This document shows positions 29,319-38,166 of a DNA stretch of 64,000 nt, piece by piece. How positions within the stretch are numbered: position 1 is the first letter of the stretch; each line of letters opens with the position of its first letter. The notes beneath the pieces were generated by a model. That model did not search any database. It was not told where the DNA came from and saw only the letters and a list, made by a program, of their open reading frames with translations. The position numbers were made by a program, and so were the translations under genes. The DNA is taken from NCBI GenBank assembly GCA_018882735.1, contig VERH01000002.1, positions 1,608 to 65,607 on the forward strand, given 5' to 3'. Source of the stretch: Candidatus Nanopelagicaceae bacterium (GTDB lineage Bacteria; Actinomycetota; Actinomycetes; Nanopelagicales; Nanopelagicaceae).

Positions 29319-30389
29319 CTAACGGACGACGTTTTGGGAGCGGCCTAAAGCGCTTCTGCAGAGCTCGCTAATAATCTCTTGGTAGTCCTTACCCGTTGCA
29401 GCCCAGAGCATCGGAAAAACTGAGCGAGGTGTAAAACCGGGCATCGTATTTAGTTCATTGATGATGACTTCGTTCTTATCGGTAAGAAAGAAATCGACTC
29501 GCGCGAGGCCCTCGCACCCAAGAGCGGTAAAGGCGGTGATTGCCGCTTCTCGTATCTCTTTACTTAGCGATTCTGGGAGATTTGCTGGGACATCAAAACT
29601 TGTAGCTCCATCTAGATATTTTGCTTCAAAGTCATAGAACTCATGTGTTTCGTGCACTCGCACTTCACCAAGAACTGAAGCGTGCGCAGTTCCATCGACT
29701 TCAAGAACAGCGCATTCAATCTCCCTTCCCTTTATTGCAACCTCAACCATCGCTCTTGGGTCATGGCGATGAGCAGCATCAATTGCGGCTGGAATTCCGG
29801 AAGCATCCTTTACTTTTGTAGTACCGCGACTTGATCCGCTTCTAGCTGGCTTCACAAAGAGAGGAAATCCCAAAGAACTTATCTTGGCGATCTCCATTGC
29901 CTGGTTAGCGCGCCAATCGCGCTCATGGACAGTAAGGCCATCAGCAACTTTCATGCCAAAGTCGGCATAGATTGGTTTTGCAAAAGTTTTATCCATAGCT
30001 ACCGATGATGCAAGAACTCCGGAGCCGACGTAAGCAATTCCAGCCATCTCAAAGAGACCTTGGATAGTTCCATCTTCGCCATAAGCCCCGTGAAGTACTG
30101 GAAAAGCTAAATCAACTAAGAGAAGTTCGCCATTATCCTTCTTAATTCCCGCACTTGAGAGTGAGAGTTCATTTTTCTTCTCCGGAACAGAAGGAAGTCC
30201 ATCTTCGCCTGGGGTAAATGAATCTTTCCCATTAAGCAGAATCCAATTTCCTGTTTTCGTGATCCCGATGAGAATTGGTTCGTATTTGCTTCGATCAATC
30301 GCTTCAAAAACTCCGGTGGCAGAGATACAAGAGATCTCATGCTCACTACTCCGTCCGCCACAGATTATGGCTACCCGGGTCTTGCTCAT
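29319..30389 (-). CDS. ddl: D-alanine--D-alanine ligase
   Basis: The 356-aa ORF has GGRSSEHEIS, HGAYGEDGTIQG, the ATP-grasp region and NELNTMPGFT. Confidence 0.96.
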   Translation of the reverse strand: MSKTRVAIICGGRSSEHEISCISATGVFEAIDRSKYEPILIGITKTGNWILLNGKDSFTPGEDGLPSVPEKKNELSLSSAGIKKDNGELLLVDLAFPVLHGAYGEDGTIQGLFEMAGIAYVGSGVLASSVAMDKTFAKPIYADFGMKVADGLTVHERDWRANQAMEIAKISSLGFPLFVKPARSGSSRGTTKVKDASGIPAAIDAAHRHDPRAMVEVAIKGREIECAVLEVDGTAHASVLGEVRVHETHEFYDFEAKYLDGATSFDVPANLPESLSKEIREAAITAFTALGCEGLARVDFFLTDKNEVIINELNTMPGFTPRSVFPMLWAATGKDYQEIISELCRSALGRSQNVVR

Positions 30390-31390
30390 TGGTGATCGAT
30401 CTCCGCTCCAGTATCTACGCGCATCAATCTAATGATGGCTTCTGTAGGGGTAATCGTATTGGTAACCACATCAGCAACCGCCTCCATGATTGGAACTTCC
30501 AAGCCAACGGAGTGGGCTAATTCGACGATAGAACTAGCAGTTGCTACTCCTTCAACAGTCGAGGTCGCACCTTCCACCGCCTTCTCCATCGAGCCGCTTC
30601 TACCGAGAGTTTCTCCGAATGAGCGGTTTCGAGAGAGTGAAGATCCGCAAGTGGCAAGGAGATCTCCAACTCCCGCGAGTCCTACAAAAGTAAGCGGCTT
30701 TGCACCCCGCGCCATTCCAAGTCTGGTTAATTCATTTAATCCGCGGGTAATAACTAGTGCCTGGGTGTTCTCCCCAAAACCCATACCAATTGCCATGCCA
30801 ACAGCGAGCGCAATCACATTCTTTGCAGCGGCAGCAAGTTCGCAACCAACTACATCAGTTGAGGTATAGGCCCGGAAATACGGAGCATGAAACAACTCAG
30901 CAGTTAGATCAGCTAATTCTTGGGAGGTAGATGCCGCAACAGCTCCTACAGGTTGGCGCATAACGACTTCGCGAGCCAAATTTGGTCCGGTAATGATTGA
31001 AATCTGATCTTCATGTAATCCAAGTACATCTTGGATAACTTCAGTCATCCTTAAATGTGTTCCAAGCTCAATGCCTTTTAGGGAGGAAATGACTGGAAGG
31101 TGATTAGGAAAAACTGGCTTGAAATCAGTTAAATTCTCGCGTAGCGATTGAGAGGGAATAGCAAGAAGCACAGCGCCTGCATCTTCAAAGACCTTCTCTT
31201 TACTCGTAGTTGCTGTTATCGAGTCAGATAGTTCCACGCCGGGAAGTGATTTGCTGTTGCGATGTTTTTCATTGATTTCAGTTGCGACTGCAACATTACG
31301 ACCCCACATCACCACTTCATTACCGGCATCACTTAGAACTTGGGCTAAAGCGGTCCCCCATTGCCCGGTACCGAGAATTGAAATCTTCAT
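30386..31390 (-). CDS. gpsA: NAD(P)H-dependent glycerol-3-phosphate dehydrogenase
   Basis: The 334-aa ORF has GTGQWGTALA, KGIE, GPNLAREV, AAKNVIA and GVGDLLATC. Confidence 0.95.
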   Translation of the reverse strand: MKISILGTGQWGTALAQVLSDAGNEVVMWGRNVAVATEINEKHRNSKSLPGVELSDSITATTSKEKVFEDAGAVLLAIPSQSLRENLTDFKPVFPNHLPVISSLKGIELGTHLRMTEVIQDVLGLHEDQISIITGPNLAREVVMRQPVGAVAASTSQELADLTAELFHAPYFRAYTSTDVVGCELAAAAKNVIALAVGMAIGMGFGENTQALVITRGLNELTRLGMARGAKPLTFVGLAGVGDLLATCGSSLSRNRSFGETLGRSGSMEKAVEGATSTVEGVATASSIVELAHSVGLEVPIMEAVADVVTNTITPTEAIIRLMRVDTGAEIDHQ

Positions 31391-32163
31391 CGCTTCTTCT
31401 TGAAGTTTCCTGTTCGAGGAAGGTTAGATTTCTTTGGATCAAACCGGGTAGATGGAGCTTTCTCACCACGAATTACCTCGAGAAGTTTGGTGATTTCATC
31501 CATGATCGCCTCAGTTGCTTCTTCGACCGCAACAAGATCGTCGGCTTTGCCTTTCCACTTCGATAAATCAACTGGGTCACCCATAATCACCGAGACTTTG
31601 GTCCGTGGAAAGAGTTTTATCTTCCTTCCATAGGGCGGGATAACTCTCTCCGGGCCCCATGAGGCGCATGGATAAACCGGAACCTCGGTTTGAAGCGCCA
31701 AGCGGGCAACTCCCGTCTTTCCCTTCATAGGCCAGAGATTTTCATCCCGGGTAAGAGTTCCTTCGGGATAGACACCAAGTAAGTGTCCGGCCTTTAAAAC
31801 TGCGATTGCATGCTCGTAACCCTTAATCGCATCTTTGGATTCACGGCTCACTGGAATCTGACCAGCGCCCTTGATGACCCAGCCAATTACTGGGATTCGA
31901 AAGACTGATTCTTTTCCTAGATATCTAGGGGCGCGACCATTGTTGTAAAGGAAGTGCGAGAAAGTAAGTGGATCGAGATAGGAAAGATGATTACAAACGA
32001 CGATTGCCGGACCGCTTTTAGGGAGCTTTTCGGCGCCGCGCCAATCTCGTTTAACGACAGCATTAAGGATTGGGCGCATGATCCCCGCCCCCAATTTGAA
32101 AGCAAAATTAGAGCCGAGCGGTTTTCCTTTTGGAGGATCGTAGATAATTTCTCTTCCGCTCAT
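31387..32163 (-). CDS. plsC: 1-acyl-sn-glycerol-3-phosphate acyltransferase
   Basis: The 258-aa ORF has the HX4D motif NHLSYLDP and YPEGTLTRD. Confidence 0.88.
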   Translation of the reverse strand: MSGREIIYDPPKGKPLGSNFAFKLGAGIMRPILNAVVKRDWRGAEKLPKSGPAIVVCNHLSYLDPLTFSHFLYNNGRAPRYLGKESVFRIPVIGWVIKGAGQIPVSRESKDAIKGYEHAIAVLKAGHLLGVYPEGTLTRDENLWPMKGKTGVARLALQTEVPVYPCASWGPERVIPPYGRKIKLFPRTKVSVIMGDPVDLSKWKGKADDLVAVEEATEAIMDEITKLLEVIRGEKAPSTRFDPKKSNLPRTGNFKKKR

Positions 32164-32187
32164 AGTGGAAGCCTAAAGGGCATGAAT

Positions 32188-32215
32188 AAGGGCCATGCGT
32201 AAACGCATGGCCCTT
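32188..32215 (-). terminator. perfect 12-bp stem / 4-nt loop hairpin downstream of hupB (no U tract)
   Basis: The sequence AAGGGCCATGCG-TAAA-CGCATGGCCCTT sits 14 nt beyond the hupB stop. No T run follows on either strand, so it would be an I-shaped terminator of the kind reported in actinobacteria, or a processing/stability hairpin. Confidence 0.5.
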
Positions 32216-32228
32216 ACTGAGAAGTAAT

Positions 32229-32633
32229 TTACTTCCTCTTGCCCTTCTTGCCCTTCTTCGCAGCCTTCTTAGGAGCCTTCTTGGCTACCTTCTTTGCTGC
32301 CTTCTTAGCTACTGGCTTTACGACAGGAGCTGGCTTTGGAGCAGGTCCGAGCTTGCGCGCACCGGAGATTGTCTCCTTGAGCGCCTTAGCTGGGAGGAAG
32401 CGAACTTTCTTGCTCGCCTTGATCTGGATTGTCTCGCCGGTGAAAGGGTTACGACCCTTACGTGCCTTGCGATCAACCTTCTTAAACTTTCCAAAGTCGT
32501 TGATTGTTACATCTTCGCCCTTGTGGATGTTGCGCACGATGGAGTCGAAGACGATCTCGACAGCGTGAGCAGCCTCTTTCTTGCTTCCGTTGAAGTGAGG
32601 TGCCAACGAAGCAATGAACTGGGTCTTGTTCAT
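32229..32633 (-). CDS. hupB: HU-family nucleoid protein with a Lys/Ala/Pro-rich C-terminal tail
   Basis: The 134-aa ORF has the HU fold (MNKTQFIASLA...GRNPFTGETIQIKASK) followed by PAPKPAPVVKPVAKKAAKKVAKKAPKKAAKKGKKGKRK. Confidence 0.95.
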   Translation of the reverse strand: MNKTQFIASLAPHFNGSKKEAAHAVEIVFDSIVRNIHKGEDVTINDFGKFKKVDRKARKGRNPFTGETIQIKASKKVRFLPAKALKETISGARKLGPAPKPAPVVKPVAKKAAKKVAKKAPKKAAKKGKKGKRK

Positions 32634-32645
32634 TTAATCCCCTTA

Positions 32646-32675
32646 TTTACGCGTAAAGTTAAGCGTTCGCTTAAC
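32646..32675. promoter_or_regulatory. two abutting perfect palindromes in the hupB leader: TTTACGCGTAAA (32646-32657) and GTTAAGCG-tt-CGCTTAAC (32658-32675)
   Basis: I verified the reverse complements by eye. They lie 13-42 nt upstream of the hupB ATG (32631-33), just beyond the AAGGGGA ribosome-binding site. Confidence 0.45.
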
Positions 32676-32686
32676 GTGTTCCTCAA

Positions 32687-32784
32687 TTTACGCAGTGAAA
32701 AGCGCTATTTGGCGCATATTTCTCGGTGTGTCGCAATATTTCACAGATTGATTGATTGCAATTTTTTCACTTTTTATGCGTAAA
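32687..32784. repeat. inverted pair of composite motifs TTTACGC-n-GTGAAAA flanking about 62 bp of the hupB upstream region
   Basis: The first copy is TTTACGCaGTGAAAA at 32687-32701. The second is TTTTCACtttttatGCGTAAA at 32764-32784, the same two heptamers inverted with a 7-nt gap. Another GTGAAAA is at 32812-32818, and CCTCAATT occurs at both 32681-88 and 32789-96. Confidence 0.45.
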
Positions 32785-32825
32785 AAACCCTCAATTACAG
32801 GTTTAGAGTCGGTGAAAAACTCTCT

Positions 32826-33425
32826 TTATGACAAAACTGGAAGCGTTTTTGGCTTGAATTTCGCCCTCTTTGACTCAAAACTGTCAACAAGATCTGTGTG
32901 ACGAAGCGTTAAACCGATGTCATCAAGGCCTTCCATCAATCTCCAGCGGGTGTAATCATCTAAATCAAATCCAATGCTCTTGCCGTTGTAGCTCACAGAG
33001 CGAGTTTCCAGATTGACGCTGATGGGAGTTTTGGGATCGAGCTCAATAGCACTCCAAAGCGCCTCTACTTCCTCTTGGGGCAAGATCACCGTTAATAAGC
33101 CGCCCTTTAGCGAGTTTCCACGGAAGATATCGGCGAACCTGGAGGAGATGACAACTTTAAATCCATAGTTTTGTAGCGCCCAGACAGCGTGTTCTCTAGA
33201 TGAGCCAGTTCCAAAATCAACCCCAGCTACCAAGATAGTTCCGCCTTGGTACTCGCTCTTATTGAGAACAAAATCTGGGTCACTTCGCCAAGCCGCAAAG
33301 AGACCATCTTCAAATCCAGATCGGGTGACTCGCTTTAAATAGACAGCGGGGATGATCTGATCGGTATCAACATTGCTCCTTCGAAGCGGAACGCCGGTGC
33401 CGGTGTGTGAGATGAATTTCTCCAT
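32826..33425 (-). CDS. leuD: 3-isopropylmalate dehydratase small subunit
   Basis: The 199-aa ORF has DTDQIIPA and [14 protein letters not shown]. Confidence 0.96.
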   Translation of the reverse strand: MEKFISHTGTGVPLRRSNVDTDQIIPAVYLKRVTRSGFEDGLFAAWRSDPDFVLNKSEYQGGTILVAGVDFGTGSSREHAVWALQNYGFKVVISSRFADIFRGNSLKGGLLTVILPQEEVEALWSAIELDPKTPISVNLETRSVSYNGKSIGFDLDDYTRWRLMEGLDDIGLTLRHTDLVDSFESKRAKFKPKTLPVLS

Positions 33426-33448
33426 TGTCTAAACTCCTGTCCAATTCC

Positions 33449-34846
33449 TTACAAATCCGCCGGAGAGGCAAGTGTTCCCTTTATTGCAGTCGCTGCCGCA
33501 ACAAGTGGGCTAACTAGATGAGTTCTTCCGCCTTTACCTTGACGTCCTTCAAAATTTCGATTTGATGTCGATGCCGAACGTTCCCCAGGCTTTAGTTGAT
33601 CGGGATTCATTCCCAAGCACATTGAACAACCAGCGCTACGCCACTCCGCGCCGAATTCGAGGAAGACCTTATCTAGCCCTTCAGATTCAGCTTGTAGACG
33701 GACACGAGCTGAACCGGGGACCACGAGCATTCGAGTATTTGACGCTACTTTCTTGCCCTTGATAATCGCAGCAGCTGAGCGGAGATCCTCGATTCGGCCA
33801 TTTGTGCACGAACCGAGAAAGACTGTATCAATCTTTATCTCTTTCATCGGCGTACCGCCTTTGAGATCCATGTACACGAGTGCGCTCTCGGCTGCTCGTC
33901 GCTCTTGTTCATCGCTAAAGGACTCCGGGGTTGGGACCGCTTCATTTAGCGGAACACCCTGGCCCGGGTTAGTTCCCCAAGTTACAAATGGCGAGAGCTC
34001 ATCGGCATTTAAGAAAATCTCTTTATCAAACTTTGCATCAGCATCGCTTTGAAGCGTCTTCCAATAAGCGAGCGCCGCATCCCAATCAGCGCCCTTTGGC
34101 GCATGTGCTCTTCCCCTTATGTATTCAAAAGTGATTTCATCTGGTGCGATAAGTCCAGCGCGAGCTCCGGCCTCGATTGACATGTTGCAAATTGTCATCC
34201 GTGCTTCCATCGAAAGTTCCCGGATAGCGCTGCCTCGATATTCCAGGATGTATCCCTGACCACCGCCAGTTGAAATCTGGGCTATCACAGCCAGGATGAT
34301 GTCTTTGGATGTGACGCCTGGCTTTAATTTTCCTTCGATATTCACCGCCATCATCTTTGGCTTAGTGAGCGGCAGGGTCTGGGTTGCAAGAACGTGTTCA
34401 ACCTCGCTCGTTCCAATTCCAAAGGCGAGCGCGCCAAATGCGCCATGAGTCGATGTATGAGAGTCACCGCAAACAATTGTCATTCCTGGTTGCGTAATTC
34501 CAAGTTGTGGACCAACGACATGGACAATGCCTTGCTCGATATCGCCGAGTGAATGGATGCGAACGCCAAATTCGGCACAATTTTTTCTCAAAGTATCGAC
34601 CTGTAGTCGTGAGACCGGATCAGCGATTGGCTTATCAATATCTAGGGTTGGAACATTGTGATCTTCGGTTGCCAGCGTTAGTTCGGGGCGGCGCACTTTT
34701 CGCCCTGTTAGACGTAGGCCATCGAATGCTTGCGGGCTAGTGACTTCATGGATTAGATGAAGGTCGATGTAGAGCAGATCCGGCTCCCCGGAGGCGCTTC
34801 TAACTACATGGTCTTCCCAAACCTTCTCTGCGAGCGTCTTGCCCAT
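33449..34846 (-). CDS. leuC: 3-isopropylmalate dehydratase large subunit
   Basis: It has [57 protein letters not shown] and CSMCLGMN. The start is the ATG at 34844-34846, preceded by GGAGG. The track ORF adds 11 upstream codons. Confidence 0.95.
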   Translation of the reverse strand: MGKTLAEKVWEDHVVRSASGEPDLLYIDLHLIHEVTSPQAFDGLRLTGRKVRRPELTLATEDHNVPTLDIDKPIADPVSRLQVDTLRKNCAEFGVRIHSLGDIEQGIVHVVGPQLGITQPGMTIVCGDSHTSTHGAFGALAFGIGTSEVEHVLATQTLPLTKPKMMAVNIEGKLKPGVTSKDIILAVIAQISTGGGQGYILEYRGSAIRELSMEARMTICNMSIEAGARAGLIAPDEITFEYIRGRAHAPKGADWDAALAYWKTLQSDADAKFDKEIFLNADELSPFVTWGTNPGQGVPLNEAVPTPESFSDEQERRAAESALVYMDLKGGTPMKEIKIDTVFLGSCTNGRIEDLRSAAAIIKGKKVASNTRMLVVPGSARVRLQAESEGLDKVFLEFGAEWRSAGCSMCLGMNPDQLKPGERSASTSNRNFEGRQGKGGRTHLVSPLVAAATAIKGTLASPADL

Positions 34847-34873
34847 ACGACCTCCTAACCACTTCATTTTGCT

Positions 34874-34888
34874 TCTCAATTAATGAGA
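34874..34888. promoter_or_regulatory. short inverted repeat TCTCA-attaa-TGAGA in the 57-bp leuC / IclR divergent spacer
   Basis: It has only 5-bp arms. It is a candidate IclR (LtbR-like) operator by position only. Confidence 0.2.
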
Positions 34889-34903
34889 TGGCATTATCAG
34901 ATT

Positions 34904-35623
34904 ATGGACAAGAAGAATAGCGGAGTCGGCGTCTTAGATAAAGCCGTGCGCATTCTTACCGTCTTAGAATCTGGACCACACTCACTCTCTGAGTTGGTTA
35001 AGGCCACAAAGATTGCTCGTCCAACTGCCCACCGACTTGCTGTCGCACTTGAGTTTCATCGCCTTGTCGCACGAGATTTAAATGGCCGATTTATTCTCGG
35101 TCCTCGTAATGGCGAATTCGCTGCTGCTGCTGGCGAAGATCGATTACTTGTTGCAGCTGCGCCGGCGCTCTCCGCGCTGCGTGATGCCACCGGCGAGAGC
35201 GCACAGCTCTATCGCCGTCAAGGAGATCAAAGAATCTGTGTTGCCGCCGCAGAGCGCATGTCAGGCTTGCGCGACTCGGTGCCAGTTGGAGCGGCCTTAA
35301 CTATGGGAGCAGGTTCAGCTGCTCAAGTACTACTTGCTTGGGAAGATGCGGATAAATTGCATCGCGCACTAACTAGCGCGAGATTTAACGCCGCTGCTTT
35401 ATCAGCGGTGAGACGTAGAGGTTGGGCCCAGAGCGTTGGCGAGAGAGAGCCTGGCGTTGCTTCAGTTTCGGCTCCTGTCCGCGGTCCAAACAATCGAGTT
35501 ATTGCAGCTGTGAGTATTTCGGGGCCAATTGAAAGACTAGGAAGACAACCAGGAAGACTTCACGCAGCAGCAGTTGTCGCAACAGCGGTAAAACTAAGTG
35601 AGTTTCTTGCAAAGAAGAGCTAA
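34904..35623 (+). CDS. IclR-family transcriptional regulator (LtbR-like, divergent from leuCD)
   Basis: It has an N-terminal wHTH (GVLDKAVRILTVLESGPHSLSELVKATKIARPTAHRL) and an IclR effector domain. The start could be 34883 or 34904, and I prefer MDKKNSG. Confidence 0.88.
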   Translation: MDKKNSGVGVLDKAVRILTVLESGPHSLSELVKATKIARPTAHRLAVALEFHRLVARDLNGRFILGPRNGEFAAAAGEDRLLVAAAPALSALRDATGESAQLYRRQGDQRICVAAAERMSGLRDSVPVGAALTMGAGSAAQVLLAWEDADKLHRALTSARFNAAALSAVRRRGWAQSVGEREPGVASVSAPVRGPNNRVIAAVSISGPIERLGRQPGRLHAAAVVATAVKLSEFLAKKS

Positions 35624-35651
35624 TCCCTAAAAATCTCAAAACTTTTAAACA

Positions 35652-35727
35652 TGGCAGCCCCGAAGGGATTCGAACCCTCGTAGCTGGCTTGAGAAGCCAG
35701 AGTCCTAGGCCACTAGACGACGGGGCC
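35652..35727 (-). tRNA. tRNA-Glu (anticodon CTC), CCA encoded
   Basis: The reverse complement GGCCCCGTCGTCTAGTGGCCTAGGACTCTGGCTTCTCAAGCCAGCTACGAGGGTTCGAATCCCTTCGGGGCTGCCA folds as a cloverleaf with the anticodon loop TT-CTC-AA. Confidence 0.9.
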
Positions 35728-35777
35728 ATGTTTTTCTTCATATTAAGTTTTTCAACTTTTAATCTAGATCAATCTAG

Positions 35778-35849
35778 CTGGGGTACCAGGACTCGAACCT
35801 AGACAAGCTGAACCAGAATCAGCTGGGCTGCCAATTACCCCATACCCCA
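35778..35849 (-). tRNA. tRNA-Gln (anticodon CTG), no encoded CCA
   Basis: The reverse complement is TGGGGTATGGGGTAATTGGCAGCCCAGCTGATTCTGGTTCAGCTTGTCTAGGTTCGAGTCCTGGTACCCCAG. It has the anticodon loop TT-CTG-GT and a TTCGAGT T-loop. Confidence 0.9.
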
Positions 35850-35909
35850 AATTGACCCGCTCTCGCGAGCAGCAAAGGATACCCCGAGAAAAGCGCCGGT
35901 TCTAACTAC

Positions 35910-37376
35910 TTACCTGATGGCGCTCTTCAGCCTTGATAAACAGCGCTCTCTTCCGAGCAACTCCATCGATTCAAAAAGTGGTGGCGAGATATGACTTCCC
36001 GTAATAGCAATTCTTACCGGCCCAAAGGCATTTCTCGGCTTTAACCCTAGACCGTCAATTAATGAGTTACGAAGCGCAGATTCGATTTCCGAGTGGTTCC
36101 AATCCGTCACCGGCTCCAAGGATCCAAGTGCTGCTGCAATAACTTTCTGGGAATCCGCTTCACCAATCTTCACTCCGCTTTCTGCATCAAACTCAACTTG
36201 CTCCACGAATAGAAATGAAAGCATGGGAATTACTTCTTTCAAGCGAACAATTCGCTCTTGGATTATTGGCAGCGCCTTCTTTACCAAAGATACTTGCGGC
36301 TCGGAACCGGTTATTACCTTTGAGGCAATTAGGAATGGCAGCGCGCGCTGTAGAAAATCTTCAATGCTTAAAGCTCGAATCTTGTCACCGTTTATCGCCT
36401 CTAATTTCTTCATATCAAAGCGAGCTGGCGAACTATTTACTCGTTCGATGGTGAAGAGTTGAACTAACTCCTCCATCGTTATGTTTTCGCGATCATCTCC
36501 GGGCGACCAACCCAGCAGGGCCAAATAATTACAAATCGCTTCCGGTAGGAAACCTTCCTCGCGATACCAAGCAATTGAGACTTCACCATTTCGTTTTGAT
36601 AGTTTGGCATTATCGGTTCCCATGACGAAGGGAAGATGAGCAAACTCGGGATAATCCGATGGAGCCACTCCCATCGCTTGATAGACGCGAATCTGGCGAG
36701 GTGTTGAAGAGAGCAGATCCTCGCCACGAAGAACATGAGTCACTTTCATCAGTACATCATCAACGGCCACAGCCAAGGTGTAGAGCGGAGAGCCATCTGC
36801 GCGCATCAAGACGAAATCAGGTACATATTTATGCTCGAAAACCACTTCGCCACGGATTAGATCTGTAAATCGGGTTTCGCCATCGGGCATACGCATACGG
36901 ATCACCGGTTTGCGACCTTCTAATTGGTGCTTTGAAATTTCATCGCTGGTAAGCGAACGGCACTTACCGTCATAACCGGGCGCTTGATTGGCATTACGTT
37001 GTGCTTCGCGCCGCGCTTCTAGCTCCTCAGTCGAGCAGTAACAGTTATAGGCATCGCCATTCTTAAGAAAAGTATCTGCCCACTCCGTATAGATATCAAG
37101 GCGCTGGGATTGCAGATATGGACCAAATGGGCCACCAACTTCGGGACCCTCATCCCAGTTAAGTCCCAACCATTTCAAGGTATCGATAGCGCGGGCGATG
37201 TATTCATCAGTAACGCGTTCTCTATCGGTATCTTCAATACGAAAAATCAGCTTTCCGCCAGTATGACGGGCGTAAGCCCAATCAAATAAAGCGGTACGAA
37301 TATTTCCTACATGCAAATCACCCGTTGGAGAAGGTGCAAATCTTGTCCGGATTTCTCTCTTTGGTAGATCAGCCAC
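35910..37376 (-). CDS. gltX: glutamate--tRNA ligase
   Basis: The 488-aa ORF has RFAPSPTGDLHVGNIRTAL (HIGH region) and KLSKRNG (KMSKS), with a GTG start. Confidence 0.96.
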   Translation of the reverse strand: MADLPKREIRTRFAPSPTGDLHVGNIRTALFDWAYARHTGGKLIFRIEDTDRERVTDEYIARAIDTLKWLGLNWDEGPEVGGPFGPYLQSQRLDIYTEWADTFLKNGDAYNCYCSTEELEARREAQRNANQAPGYDGKCRSLTSDEISKHQLEGRKPVIRMRMPDGETRFTDLIRGEVVFEHKYVPDFVLMRADGSPLYTLAVAVDDVLMKVTHVLRGEDLLSSTPRQIRVYQAMGVAPSDYPEFAHLPFVMGTDNAKLSKRNGEVSIAWYREEGFLPEAICNYLALLGWSPGDDRENITMEELVQLFTIERVNSSPARFDMKKLEAINGDKIRALSIEDFLQRALPFLIASKVITGSEPQVSLVKKALPIIQERIVRLKEVIPMLSFLFVEQVEFDAESGVKIGEADSQKVIAAALGSLEPVTDWNHSEIESALRNSLIDGLGLKPRNAFGPVRIAITGSHISPPLFESMELLGRERCLSRLKSAIR

Positions 37377-38157
37377 GTGCAGATACTCGATTCGTAAGTT
37401 CGCCTAATCCTTCGATGGCAATCTTAACTTCTTCACCAGGAATTACCGGTCCGATGCCGGCTGGTGTTCCAGTAAGGATTACATCACCAGGCAAAAGAGT
37501 CATGGCGCTCGATATGAAGTTAATGATTGTAGGAATATCAAAGACCATCTCATCTAGATGCGCGTTCTGCTTGATTTCGCCAGCAACTGCGGCAGTGATG
37601 TTCTGTTTTGCGGGAACAAAGTCGGTATCAATCCAAGGACCGAGCGGGCAGAAAGTGTCGAAGCTCTTTCCGCGGGTCCATTGGCCATCTCCCTTTTGAA
37701 TGTCGCGAGCTGTGACGTCATTGGCAATGGTGTATCCGAAAATTACATCTTTATATCGCTCCTTGGGAACGTCTTTACAGATTCGAGAAATTACAATCGC
37801 CAATTCGGCCTCATGGTCAACTCGCTGACTCTGGTTTGGCCAATTAATAATGTCATTGGGGCCAATCACAGATGTATTTGGCTTGAGAAAGATAATCGGC
37901 TCCTTGGGGACTTCGCCCCCCATCTCGGCAGCATGATCAGCGTAATTCTTGCCAACGCAGACAACTTTGCTCCTTGGGATCACGGGTGCCAAGATGCGAA
38001 CGCTCTCTAGCGGAATCCGCTCATCTCTAAATTGAATCCCGGAATAAAGTGGATCACCATTTACAACCCGAATAGTTGAAGCATCTTCAAGCACTCCAAA
38101 TAGCGGATCGCTTCCCAAGTTTGAACCTGTTGGCGGAGTGAAACGGAGAATACGCAC
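37369..38157 (-). CDS. fumarylacetoacetate hydrolase family protein
   Basis: The 262-aa ORF has GKNYADHAAEMG, FLKP, HEAELAIVI, GYTIANDVTARD and LPGDVILTGTPAGIG. Confidence 0.88.
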   Translation of the reverse strand: MRILRFTPPTGSNLGSDPLFGVLEDASTIRVVNGDPLYSGIQFRDERIPLESVRILAPVIPRSKVVCVGKNYADHAAEMGGEVPKEPIIFLKPNTSVIGPNDIINWPNQSQRVDHEAELAIVISRICKDVPKERYKDVIFGYTIANDVTARDIQKGDGQWTRGKSFDTFCPLGPWIDTDFVPAKQNITAAVAGEIKQNAHLDEMVFDIPTIINFISSAMTLLPGDVILTGTPAGIGPVIPGEEVKIAIEGLGELTNRVSARG

Positions 38158-38166
38158 TAGGAGACC

